Source of the DNA: Ylistrum balloti
Taxonomy: Eukaryota
Assembly (NCBI RefSeq): GCF_031769215.1
Contig: NW_026782188.1
Location: forward strand, 1,736,001-1,800,000
Length of the DNA: 64,000 bases
Reading direction: 5' to 3'
Shown one piece after another: positions 52,945-64,000 of this stretch; within the stretch, counting starts at the first letter, position 1; every line of letters begins with the position of its first letter. Below the pieces are notes generated by a model that ran no database searches, had not been told where the DNA came from, and saw nothing but the letters and a program-made list of their open reading frames with translations. The translations under genes were made by a program, and so were the position numbers.

Positions 52945-54620
52945 AAGACACTCCACAAGTTACTAAAACACAATTTACTTGTTCCAGAACCACTTTTTAG
53001 CAAGACTATTTGTTCAGATTGTCATGCTTGGAATGGTTCTTGCTAACCATAGTGGTTTGAACCAGATCTTTATTGCATTAAGTTTTCTTCTATGGATTAA
53101 TTGTAATCAGGTCTGTTTTCCTGTAAAACCTGACATCAATCGGTATAATTTTCTTCTGTAAGTCTGTATTAACCCCGATTGGATACTTTAATATGATTAA
53201 TAAGTTCTTTGATGCAACTGAAAACTTAGGGGAAACCAGTAAAGTGCAAACTGTAAATATCTTTCCGTAGTATATCACTCTTAAGGGAAGGTACTGTTGT
53301 TGGTGATAACCTATCTTTACTGCCAAAGTAAATAATAATATAGGTTGTGTTTGTGTTCTTATGTCAAGCTTCTTTATACAAGCCATTGATCTGAAGAGTA
53401 GAATTAGATTCTGGAAAAAGATAAAACATGTTCTTAATCTCCTGTTTCTACATAACCTTAACCTGGTACAACATTTTGAAAAACTTTCTAACCAGAACCT
53501 TGTTAATAAAACTTGGCATCTTGAATTTTTGGTTTGGTCATCTACCATATGTTACCTAATGAAATGGTCTAATTCCGTCTCTTTTCTTAATATACTGACT
53601 TGAGAATCTTGAAATTGTCTGTTTCAGATGTTTGGGAGAATTTTTTGAAATTCTGCTATATGTATCATTCTGGAATTGTATTAATGCCAAAGCTGTGGGT
53701 CACATTGTCTAGAATTAGGACTATAATTGATAGCTTCAGTCACCATAAAGGAACAGTATGGAGATTGTATGTGAAATGTGAATTATCTTCAGTTACAACA
53801 AAACAATCAGCTTTCACTCTAGTTATTTGGAACTGTTGGAAGAAAACATAGTTGGCGCTGCTTTGAATTCCTTCAATTTTGTTTTTATAATAGAAAATCT
53901 TTAGCCAGTTTGAGGCATTCCTATGTCTCTAGCTACAGCAATACTGACTATGCTGGATTGTTCTTGGTTTTCAGTAATAGTTTTGGAAGTTGAGTACATA
54001 CAATTTTGCTAAAATTGTTTACCACAGGTAGTATGGTTGTCAACTTTTAGGAAGGTTCTACTACAACAACTGAATTAGAACAAAACAAATAGTAGCTATG
54101 GTTTACAAATATTGTGTAAATGCACTTTGATCTGTATGTCCTGTCAAATCTTATCTTGTTCTCAAAGTAAAACGTAAATTACCATTTCCATTTCATGGGC
54201 GTAGGGCACCTGAGCCAAAGTCACAGGCATCTTATGTTCTACAAGAATTACCTCACATATTTGCCAGGCTTTACATTCAACCATCCCAGAAACATCAACA
54301 GTGTCATTGAATATCTTTTATCCTTCATTTTCTTCTTTACCTTTTTTCAGTCAGTCTAGCTATGATCCCAACATTTTCAACATTTAACTCTATCAATTAA
54401 ATTGCGGTATAACAGCTTCATTAAAGATGTTAAATGACAGACATCTCAATAGTTGTCTGGCCCCTTTTTTTATCTTAAATCTTGTCTGCTTTTAGTGTTT
54501 TGGGGAGCATTATTTGTAGAACAGATCCAAGTTGTGATAAATAGGCTTGCTGGCCTATATTCACTTGCCAGAATTTTCTGTTCTGAATAATTCAGATGAT
54601 GAAGTTGTTTTTTTTTTTAC
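52945..54620 (-). mobile_element. Decayed LINE (CR1/L2-like): RT domain clear, endonuclease tentative
   Basis: Minus strand, in order: EYRPAS (APE YRPP-like, about 54570); IKKRD followed by AATT-AGACCA-TTTCATTA (NYRPISL remnant, 53557-53574); FINKVL; LDIRTQTQPILL...HQQ..L....YYG (53368-53264; cf. LD...QTD.I.LDFSKAFDKVPH.RLL.KL..YGI); GV; MQ.DL; and a KYLGV-like remnant near 52960. Confidence 0.62.
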
Positions 54621-56314
54621 TTATTAATTCAGACAAAGAATAAATGTTTTCTTGGTTGCTTTTCCTGGTGTAGCCAAGACCTCCTCTATGCTTGTTTAAT
54701 TAAGTTAACATTCTTGAACTCTCACCAACAAGATTTGTGTACTGTACATCACGTAAGTTAGATAACTATTTCATCTTTAAGAGAATTCAAATTTAATTTG
54801 ATGATCTGATTTTGCTCTATGACTTAATATAATTTGAACCTTCACCCAAGATCATGATGTTATTTAATGTAGACTTGGAAGGTTGGTTTCATCTGATGCA
54901 GAGTGTAGTTTCTAATATTTTCTATAGTGCAATTGTAATGAATCCAAGAAATATTCCATGAAAAACAGACAGTTTTGAGTACAAATTGAAATCTTGACAG
55001 AAAAAATGAATTCTTTTTAACATTATCTCTGGAAAGTGTCTGTCTTCCAAAACAAAACTGAAAGGTTGACAATATCACTCTTTGGTATAGAAAGATAGAA
55101 AATAAGTTTTGTATTTGTTTTATTGTTATAAAAGAGTTGGATCAGTGAAGTGCATAAAGAATATCATTGATTTTCCCATGCCTTTCTCATCTACATCCCA
55201 TTTCATATTCCCTGTGTAATTTGGAGGAAATCAATCATTCTGGATATTTGTTATGTAATTCAAATTACGGACTGAAGCATTTTTGTTACAATAGAAGGAA
55301 TCCCATTGCCATTAAAAGAATTGTTTTTGCAATAAAACTGCAGCATTATTAATTGCTTACAAGTTGCGGTTGTCACCACCCGACACCTGGTTGAGAGTTT
55401 TATCATTTTAACCAAGTGAATCCCCACTACATGAATAATAGATTATTGTTCATTCATACTTTCCGGTATGTTAGAACGTCTACTTTCCTGTGAACTGGTA
55501 AATTCTGAATTATTCATCACCTCACTAAACACACTGCTACACAACTCACTTGTTAATGGCTGCCTAAACAGCTTTAATCAAACATATATTGTATTTTCAA
55601 ACAACCATTATACACCGCCATAACATTAGTGCTGTTGGTTTGATCATTTGACTAGGTAAAGAGTGCATGATTCTTTATAAAGACCTTAAAATACTATCAG
55701 TGGATGCTAGTACTTTAGAAATTTTGGGCTGTTAATATCAATGATGACTGTTGTTTATCCACTGAAAATTTCTTTTTGTTAAAGAAAAAATATTTCAAAG
55801 CTATATTCACAAAACGAGATCACTTGTCAACTTGCAGCTAACATCATGGTATCCCACCAGTACAGTACTAAATAAGACTAGCATTTGTTTTCCATCAGGA
55901 CAACAGTCCATCTAAGTATGACAGAAAACCACATCACAACTGAATTGTTTTTGGGTACTTCTTGGATATGGATGGTGATCTGAAGTGTTTTACTGGAAGT
56001 GAAATCAGGTTTTGGGTTTTAGATTTTTGTAGTTATGGCCCTTTGTCACACATCATTGCCAAATTTTGTATAAATGAGTCTAGCGTTGTTGCAGTATCAA
56101 ATGCTTGAATAAGGACAATATGCTCAGCTGAATTTTGAATCTCTTCTGTCACCAACAACTGCCAAAGGGATTGTGGATTGTCACACACTGAAATCTGGTC
56201 CAGTTATGGAACTATATAGACAAATGGCCTTATGTTGACTCCTTTGCACTGTGTTAGGGATGTAACTATTATGTGTGACAGTTTCGGGTGTCAGGTTATT
56301 TTACATACCACTTT

Positions 56315-56479
56315 GGGACTATGATAGCTCAATCAATTTTGACTTATGATACCTAAGATGATTAAATTCAGATCTCTGTTATGTTGTTTAAGGACTGGTC
56401 TCTACTGTCATGGTCGTGTTCTTTGGCAAAACACTTTGCCCAAATGACATCCAAGTGTTAAGCCCAACAAGCAAACAAA
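56315..56479 (+). mobile_element. Decayed tRNA-derived SINE with CORE/Meta-like central motif
   Basis: GGGACTATGATAGCTCAATC head. GTGTTCTTTGGCAAAACACTTT (56416-56437) resembles GTGTCCTTGGGCAAGACACTT. Tail AAGCCCAACAAGCAAACAAA. Confidence 0.5.
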
Positions 56480-59400
56480 TTCATACCTACACTTAATATG
56501 GAGTTATAGACCTTTGTAAACTTGGATATTACCACTGTGAGATGTTTTATATTGTCAAATATCTAATGCAGACTGCCTATCTTTCCTCCCTTTTAATTTT
56601 ATGAAAAGGAAATCATTCTCACCTAATTTTGAAAAATCTAAATCTTATTTCAAAATTTTCAATTTAGCTCTTGAAATATGTAATAAAAATTGTTCAATGA
56701 AAGGTTGGTGAATGAATTGTTAATAAGATAGGTTAGTGTAATGGACTTTGAAAACAGATCATCTCTAACTTTCAGCTGCAGGTGCTATTATATTGCTTTG
56801 CTATAAAAGAAAATTGATTTGATTTTCAACTGACTACTAGAAATTATTTCAGAAAAGGAATTCAGGAGCAGGTTAATGATAACGAAGAACTTTCAGGAAG
56901 TAAAATTAGCAATAAATTTGGTCTTTCTCCAGTAGAAGTATTGAATCAAATTATAATTGATTAACTATAAATATTTTTGTGACACCATAACTACATGTAT
57001 TTTGCTAATAATGACAAATATGATATGCAAACTGATTGCTTCATGTCAAATATCAAGTTAGACATATAAAATTTTCATAAACCATTTAATTGTTTTTGGG
57101 AATAAATATATCTCTCAGTGAGCCTAAGGGGAATTATTGAATGGATATCAAAAATAACAATACAATACATGTCATCACTTCTACAAGAGAGATCATGATG
57201 TCTCAAATTTCTTCCCATAAACATGATTATTTATAGAGTCAGATGATTTAAGACCAAAAGAGGATAGAAAATGATTAAGTTGTATTTCAACATTTTAAAA
57301 TTGAATCATAAATGTTCCAGATGTCAATGTTTGGGGTATGAAATCTACACCTTTGCTGGAAAAGGCGAAATCTTATGATTAAAATTGTTTGAAAATGTCA
57401 CTGTTTTTGAGGATAAAGTCTATAGGTTTACAGGAGGCTTTTTTTTTTTTTTAAGAAATTTCAAGATTGAAGAATTTTAAATATCTGGGCAGTATATAAT
57501 CCTGATTCATTGCTCCCCATCTTACAGGCTATTAGATTAAGAAACCAAAAATATGCACAATGGCACTCTAAAAACTTGGAAGTAATTCCCAGCAGTAATT
57601 TTATTCTTGCTGCCTGACACATTCTCAATTTAACTTCTCTACCCATGCAATCAGCAATTAGGTTTAGGAACTCTGAAATCTTAATTAAATTATTTTTTAA
57701 AATTTTTATCTCTATATACTTTATAACCATGTTTAAACTTGTTCAGAAAATAAGGAATATTATTCCTAAGAATATACTTCCATGGTACGACTTTAGTTAG
57801 ACTCCAGAAGTTCTTGTAAGTTTGTACTACTGTTACCTGCTTAATACTGAAATATTGGTCCTCATCAGTACACAGTGACCTGTGGTAGCAGTACATTTTC
57901 TGTAAATGCAATATTTGCTGTATATACTAAGGTAATTGTCTTCTTGCCAAAACATTTGAAACATGGATAACTCACTCAGTGGTACTCGCGTGCATAAGCC
58001 AATAACATGATATAGTTACAATTTCTTGTCTTGTTAAGAACCCTTTGTAAGATCATTCCTGAAATTGTTCAAAATTGCAAAACAATTAAATAGCAAAATT
58101 CTTTACATTGTCTTCTGTAGCAGTTCTTCTGATACTAATTTTTTTATTTCTATGGGGAGGGAGGGTGAGAGTTCCACGGATCTTTTATTTCCACACATAT
58201 TTCTAGTTCAGACTTTTTATTTATGATTTTTTTTGTATATATTTTTCAAAGCATGCAAATTATTTTTAAGCATTTAATAAGATTGCAAATGAGAATGGCA
58301 CTAAGATCAATTTCTGAATTAATAATGGTGTTTTCAAAATCTTCCTTTTTGTAGTGGAGGATCTAGGTCTTGAAGATAAGTATCAAATCCACAATTTTGG
58401 ATTCTGATTGGTATTATATTGTCTTAATACTATCCCTTATGGGAGTTGATTGAATTGGTGCATTCACACATACTATATATATCTACTCTCCCAGGCTGGA
58501 TTGGTTGATTTTTCCTGCAGCTCAGTTTTTAGACCTTGTATATATTTTGTGTTTTGACAGTTCAAAATGGAGGTAAAACAATCTTCACTGCTTAGATGAG
58601 CTTTAATTTTTTTCGCAAATGCCCTTGCCAGCATGTTTTCCTATGATGAGCCTCCAAAATAATTATCATTACCTTGTAATCATAATATTGTATTTCAGTT
58701 AATAATTTTTGTCTTTTTAAAAAATTGTTTTTTGATTATCATTTCAGACTAATATTATTATTAATTAAAAGTTGTTTGTTGACATACTGAATTGGATGTC
58801 CTTATTTTGGCAAAGTAGTGTTATCCGGTGAATTGTTGGTGTCATAACCATTGCTGACGGTCACAATACATTAAGCTGTGCCTGATATCCTTGTCTTGGT
58901 ATAGTAGTGTATATACTCTATTTGAGATGTGACTGGCCTCTCTACTGTCTAAGTACTGTATCAACTTTGTTACATAATGTGATCGTGATGTTTCTAACCA
59001 TATAGATGTAAGTTTAGCATTTTTGTCATGTGTATCCCATCCTTATTTCAGGTGAAAGCATGAAGACTAAATCCTAGTAGATTATCTGGCTATATTCAAG
59101 ATACAAAAATACACTAACTTCATCATCCATTTTCATAGAACCTGCAGTTTTCACGTACTGCCATATTTTTGTAGCATTATTCTTTGTTTTTGAGTACGTG
59201 CAAATAAGATCTCAAACTAGGTGAGATGTGCTTAAGGAAATAAAATATCACATTAAAATTTTTTGCTTACATACTCCAGATTGGCTTTTACCAAAATTCA
59301 GTTGTGTTTTTCCATTAGATACCTCATGTCAGAAACAATGTGATATGGTCTATTGATGAAATTGATCTTATTATAATGAGTTGTTTGCATATTGTTTAAA

Positions 59401-60422
59401 GAAGATGTTAGAATTCAGTGTTTTAGAGTTTTAGCTTGTAATCAGAAAAAGTCACAATATTCATTCATGAGGATATTAGAATTCATTGTTTTAGATATCT
59501 TGAATGGCCAGCATTGATACCAATGTTGATGGCATGGTGATATCCCTTAAGTCTTACAATAGGAGCTTTCAGTCCTGAAAATGTCAGAAAACTTTTTAAA
59601 GTTTTGATATCAAATTTGTTTTTATTTTTTAATACTTTAAAGGAAAGTGCAAAAGTGTTTTTCTCACTACATATTTTGTGAAACTGATATAAAAGAAAAG
59701 AGTGATTAGTTCTAAATCAGAATCATGTCAAGCTAATCATGTTTAGTGACATACATGTTGGAAGCTCTGGTTGTTAGATCCATAAGGCAGTAGCTGAAAA
59801 CCTGTGTAGCATGGTACTTTCCCTTTACAGTAACTTTACTGTTGGATAAGGCACTTTACAAAATGAAATGTATATGTATGTGAATCTGCATTTGATGAAA
59901 TGTCATGAACTAGAACAGGAATACCTTGTATCCTAATATTTTCTAGCACTTTGCATTACAATACTTGAGCTTGTGGTAGAATGATCACATTCAAAACTTA
60001 AAGATCTATTTAACCATTTTAACCAGTTTACTTTTAAATGTGTTTAAAATCTTGGAGGAAAATATGTGAAATGTATGCATCGTTAGCATACTTGAAGAAA
60101 GTTACATCATTTTTTTTTTGTTCTAAATCCAACAAGATGTCTTTTCATTAAGGTAAAATGAAAAGATTTTTAATGGTCCTGTGTAGCTGTGAAGCTACCT
60201 GTGATTTACTGATAGAAATGCTCAACAAATGAGGATTTTTTTTAATCATTGAAGGCAAAACATAAGCACCTCAATTAAAATTCTACATTTGTGAAATATA
60301 GAAAAAAAAACTACATGTAACTGTTAGATTCAGTAAGATGTTGAAAACATTGCATGATGAGATTATTTTCTGATTGTAAAGTTAACAAGGGCAAGGTATT
60401 TACTTTGATGCTATTTTACTAG

Positions 60423-60535
60423 GTAAATGTGAAGACCTGGATGAGGAGGATACAGAAGTAGATGAGGATGGAAAACCAAGGCTTGGTGAAACCACCAGGA
60501 TCTGTGTTAACATCCGTGAGACTGTTGAGTTCAAG
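60423..60535 (+). CDS. SLC8A (NCX): NCX coding exon (CBD2 FG loop and strand G); phase 1 to phase 0, 113 nt
   Basis: Acceptor ctattttactAG. G+GT gives GKCEDLDEEDTEVDEDGKPRLGETTRICVNIRETVEFK, matching NCX1 GRPILGEHTKLEVIIEESYEFK. Donor AAG|GTCAGT. Missed by the ORF track because it has no start codon. Confidence 0.92.
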
Positions 60536-63500
60536 GTCAGTATTACTGAATGTCAAGGTCATACTACACTAAGATAGATACTACGTTTATTCAGATACAT
60601 GTTGATGAATCAGCTAGACAATTCATCAGACAAATGTTAGATTGATTGGAAACAAAACCGTATGAAGCAAAGCAAACACCACTTCATACCATCTGTCTGT
60701 GAACTGCATTTCCAGCTGGACCACTTGGGGATCTATTACTTAAAGGAATGTCATGGTTACTACAAGTTTTCATTATATTGCCACCTGTTGACCTCCTTTG
60801 TCAGACCTCTAGTGACCATGTGGCTATGGGATGGGACACTTTCATTATCTATTGTCTGGGTTTCCAGATAATCATTTCTTACTTAAACTCTTGCTATATA
60901 GACTGTTTATTTCCCCTTACTCAAGCCTACCATTGCATTTACTGTGTTTATCAAATCTAATTGTTACATAACAAGAATTCTACAAAACTCTCCAGCTCTC
61001 ACTATACACACTTGTTTCAGGAAGCAGTTCTGGTTTTTTTAAGCTATCGTTTTCCCTTCTATATCAATTTGTCTATGAATGTGTACTTACTATCCAGGAT
61101 ACATGTTTGGGCCAGCTCCCACTTACTGGCTAGGAAAAGTAGTTACTCTGCCAAATCTTCTAAACATTCCACTGCCCCACCCTTTTTCTATATAACTGAA
61201 AATAAAAGAATTTGATAGTCAATTTATCCTTGGGATTTATGATTGTTTGAAAACTTTTCTCTCTGATAAGCCTTTTGATAAAGTCATTGGACTATTACCA
61301 AAAGTATTAGTCTGTAGTTTGGCAAAGAAAAGTTATGTATGTTGAGATGGCTTTCACATTGTTAAAGAGATGATCAAAGATTCCTTGTTTTTGTGTTAAT
61401 TAAATTCCAAGCCATTAGTTAGTGTATTTAAGAAAAGAAAAGTGGTTTAGGTAATGAAGTTCAAAGTAGATATTATCTGGGGTCAGTAAGATTAACATCA
61501 AGTTCAGAGGCTGTTTTAGAAGACAGAGGTCACTATGTCAGTATTGATAAGTCAATATGATAAGTCCATGGCATTAGGCCAAATTTTATTTATGTGTAGC
61601 TGTCCCATTTTGAATTAGATGTTTACTTAAAGTTATTTTTTGTTAGAAACTTATGACATCATCATCTAAAGTGATGTGATGTGCTGATTCTCCTCACATA
61701 CAACATATAGGCCGTATTTCAGAGGATAATTGTCAGGTGACTTTCCAGGATTCCCTCACCAAGCACCATCACCAAGACATTTTATATATAGCTTACCTCA
61801 TCCACAGCCTATCACCTGTGCTTTAATAGATTTTCCATGTTTTTATTTCTTTATGATGAGGATACACATCAGTTTTTTGGTGCTGATACAGCACTCAAGT
61901 GGATGTACCAATCTACCAACATAAACCATATGGTGGTTACTTGTGCCAGACACTCTAAAAGTGTGACATTCTGAACTGTCTCCTGCAGAGCTTAGCATCA
62001 TCCTGATATCATCTCAAGCTAAAATTGATATCTGTAATGTAGTCCTGTGCTGTGCCATGTGGAATTCATTTCATTTGCTTAGATTTTGATGAATACAGAT
62101 TGTAGAAAAGTATTTTTATGATGTAATATAAAAGACCTGGAGAGTGGTATAGCTGCATGCATGCAGGGACTATGTAATGAATGTGATGGAGAAAATGCAT
62201 CAGATCATGGTTGATATGATGTTTATATAGGTTACATATATCTGACTTGATAGTGAACCATTACGGTAGCTCGTTAAGTGTTTCTCTCAAGTCTTTCACT
62301 CTAACTATTAATACAAAGGATCCTCACAAATGGCTTATCAGAGAACTACAAGAATTTGTCATGCAAAAATCTTAACCAATATATACAGCTACACCAAAAG
62401 TCTAGCATCAAAGTGAGCATGTGTGGCCCAACGTGACAGCATGGTAGTATAGTGAAACTAAATATATTTCAATCACCTTAAAACTGAGGTATTAGCGTTT
62501 GATTATAAAAGGATTCTTGTCTCATCTTTCTGGTTTAACACATCAGATCCCAAAATTATTTTGACATCAATGCTTCATTAAAATTAATTTTTCATTAGAA
62601 ATCAGTTAAATTTTGAGAAATACAGTTCGTTTTGATGACCTATCATCTCTTCAGTGACAATCAATTCTTAACACTTGAAATCACACTTAATTACCATATC
62701 TATATTTTAGTTTGTCTTCATTTGACACTTAATAAATTAGACACAACAATGTTTTGAACCAGATTAAATTTATGTAACAACTGCAGGTCAACTAGCCTAC
62801 TTAATTCTACAACAGGTAATTCTTATAAACATGCAGGAACAAGCTGTACTGAGTTGGGGGAGTTTGAGGTGAACTCTGTCTTAATAACCTTGTCTGTCAT
62901 TAAAAATTCACCAGGATGTAAGGTGTAGGAGTAGACTGATGGCTCATTACACACTAATTGTTATTCATGTTGAAGGAACACTATTCTTTTTGTGTCTAAG
63001 TAAATCTTCCTGTAATTGTACCTGCCTAGAAGCCTTTCACATCTCACTGTATACACAGTGTATGTGATTTTACTACAAAGGTAGTTTCGTTACTTAAACA
63101 GGAAATAGCATACAGTTGTTATAATAGCTATCATAAACTGATTAAAATTTAACCTATATTTTCTCTCATCATATATTCACAAATTTTATAGGTAAGTTGA
63201 TGATGTTACTCAGACAATGGTGATAGCTTCTAATGTCACTCAGACAATGGTGATAGCTTCTAATGTCACTCAGACAATGGTGATAGCTTCTAATGTCACT
63301 CAGACAATGGTGATAGCTGGTAATGTCACTCAGACAATGGTGATAGTTGGTAATGTCACTCAGACAATGGTGATAGCTGGTAATGTCACTCAGACAATGG
63401 TGATAGCTGGTAATGTCACTCAGACAATGGTGATAGCTTCTAATGTCACTCAGACAATGGTGATAGCTGGTAATGTCACTCAGACAATGGTGATAGCTGG

Positions 63501-64000
63501 TAATGTCACTTAGACACTGGTGATAGCTGTTGATGTTACTCAGACAATGGTGATAGCTGGTGATGTCACTCTGACAATGGTGTTAGCTGGTGATGTTACT
63601 CAGACAATGGTGATAGCTTCTAATGTCACTCAGACAATGGTGATAGCTGGTAATGTCACTCAGACAATGGTGATAGCTGGTAATGTCACTCAGACAATGG
63701 TGATAGCTGGTAATGTCACTCAGACAATGGTGATAGCTGGTAATGTCACTCAGACAATGGTGATAGCTGGTAATGTCACTTAGACACTGGTGATAGCTGT
63801 TGATGTTACTCAGACAATGGTGATAGCTGGTGATGTCACTCTGACAATGGTGTTAGCTGGTGATGTTACTCAGACAATGGTGATAGCTTCTAATGTCACT
63901 CAGACAATGGTGATAGCTGTTGATGTTACTCAGACAATGGTGATAGCTGGTGATGTTACTCAGACAATGGTGATAGCTGGTGATGTTACTCAGACAATGG
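60536..64000 (+). other. Start of next intron; remaining NCX exons (TM6-10, alpha-2 repeat) are outside the window
   Basis: Donor GTCAGT. No sequence encoding the expected continuation (STVDKLIKK-like) seen before the window end. Confidence 0.8.
63202..64000. repeat. Minisatellite, 30-bp unit (AATGTCACTCAGACAATGGTGATAGCTGGT), about 27 copies, runs off the window end
   Basis: Directly visible; source of the MVIAGNVTQT-type ORFs. Confidence 0.97.

Larger units (their letters stand above)
51477..60422 (+). other. 8.9-kb phase-1 intron
   Basis: GT...AG bounded; frame continuous across flanking NCX exons. Confidence 0.8.

Noticed and set aside
53090-53548. 152-aa minus-strand ORF as a host gene
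   Set aside because: Better explained as a frameshifted LINE RT remnant.
56776-56781. 6-nt microexon tttcAG|CTGCAG|GTGCTA (would add Ala-Ala in phase 1)
   Set aside because: Poor donor, and CTAAC is only about 6 nt from the AG; likely chance. RT-PCR between the 51376 and 60423 exons would settle it.
59052-59080. Acceptor ccttatttcAG followed by GESMKTKS
   Set aside because: In-frame TAG after 8 codons and no usable in-phase donor.
756-62000. Remaining 60-115 aa ORFs in the track
   Set aside because: Length and composition expected at random in AT-rich intronic DNA; no motifs recognised.

Overview
Eukaryotic, AT-rich, intron-rich DNA, most likely from a mollusc (bivalve-like repeats; taxon is inference). 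It is not prokaryotic: no operons, rRNA or CRISPR. The window holds the 5' two-thirds of one + strand Na+/Ca2+ exchanger gene (SLC8/NCX family). A probable non-coding first exon and promoter lie near 8 kb, where CpG-rich DNA switches abruptly to CpG-depleted DNA. Next come a 1817-nt second exon (13298-15114: signal peptide, TM1-5, alpha-1 repeat, XIP, CBD1, start of CBD2), a 36-kb intron, the CBD2 Ca2+-loop exon (51376-51476) and the CBD2 FG-loop exon (60423-60535). The C-terminal TM exons lie beyond the window. Introns carry several tandem arrays (36-, 57-, 70-, 34-, 30-bp units), decayed tRNA-derived SINEs, two to three LINE RT relics and a ~160-bp-unit element; 37-bp and 68-bp arrays lie upstream of the gene. 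The best leads concern RNA processing. (1) Back-splicing of exon 2 would give a full-circle 606-aa ORF whose stop overlaps its own start (ATGATG). (2) An in-phase, exon-3-like sequence at 51975 lacks the Ca2+-binding loop. (3) A 57-bp array repeats a 5' splice site plus branch-point motif inside a hairpin. (4) A textbook ratchet-point AG|GTAAGT sits at 63191. (5) CBD2 has an unusual His578/Glu585 pair. All splice calls were made by eye, without transcript data.
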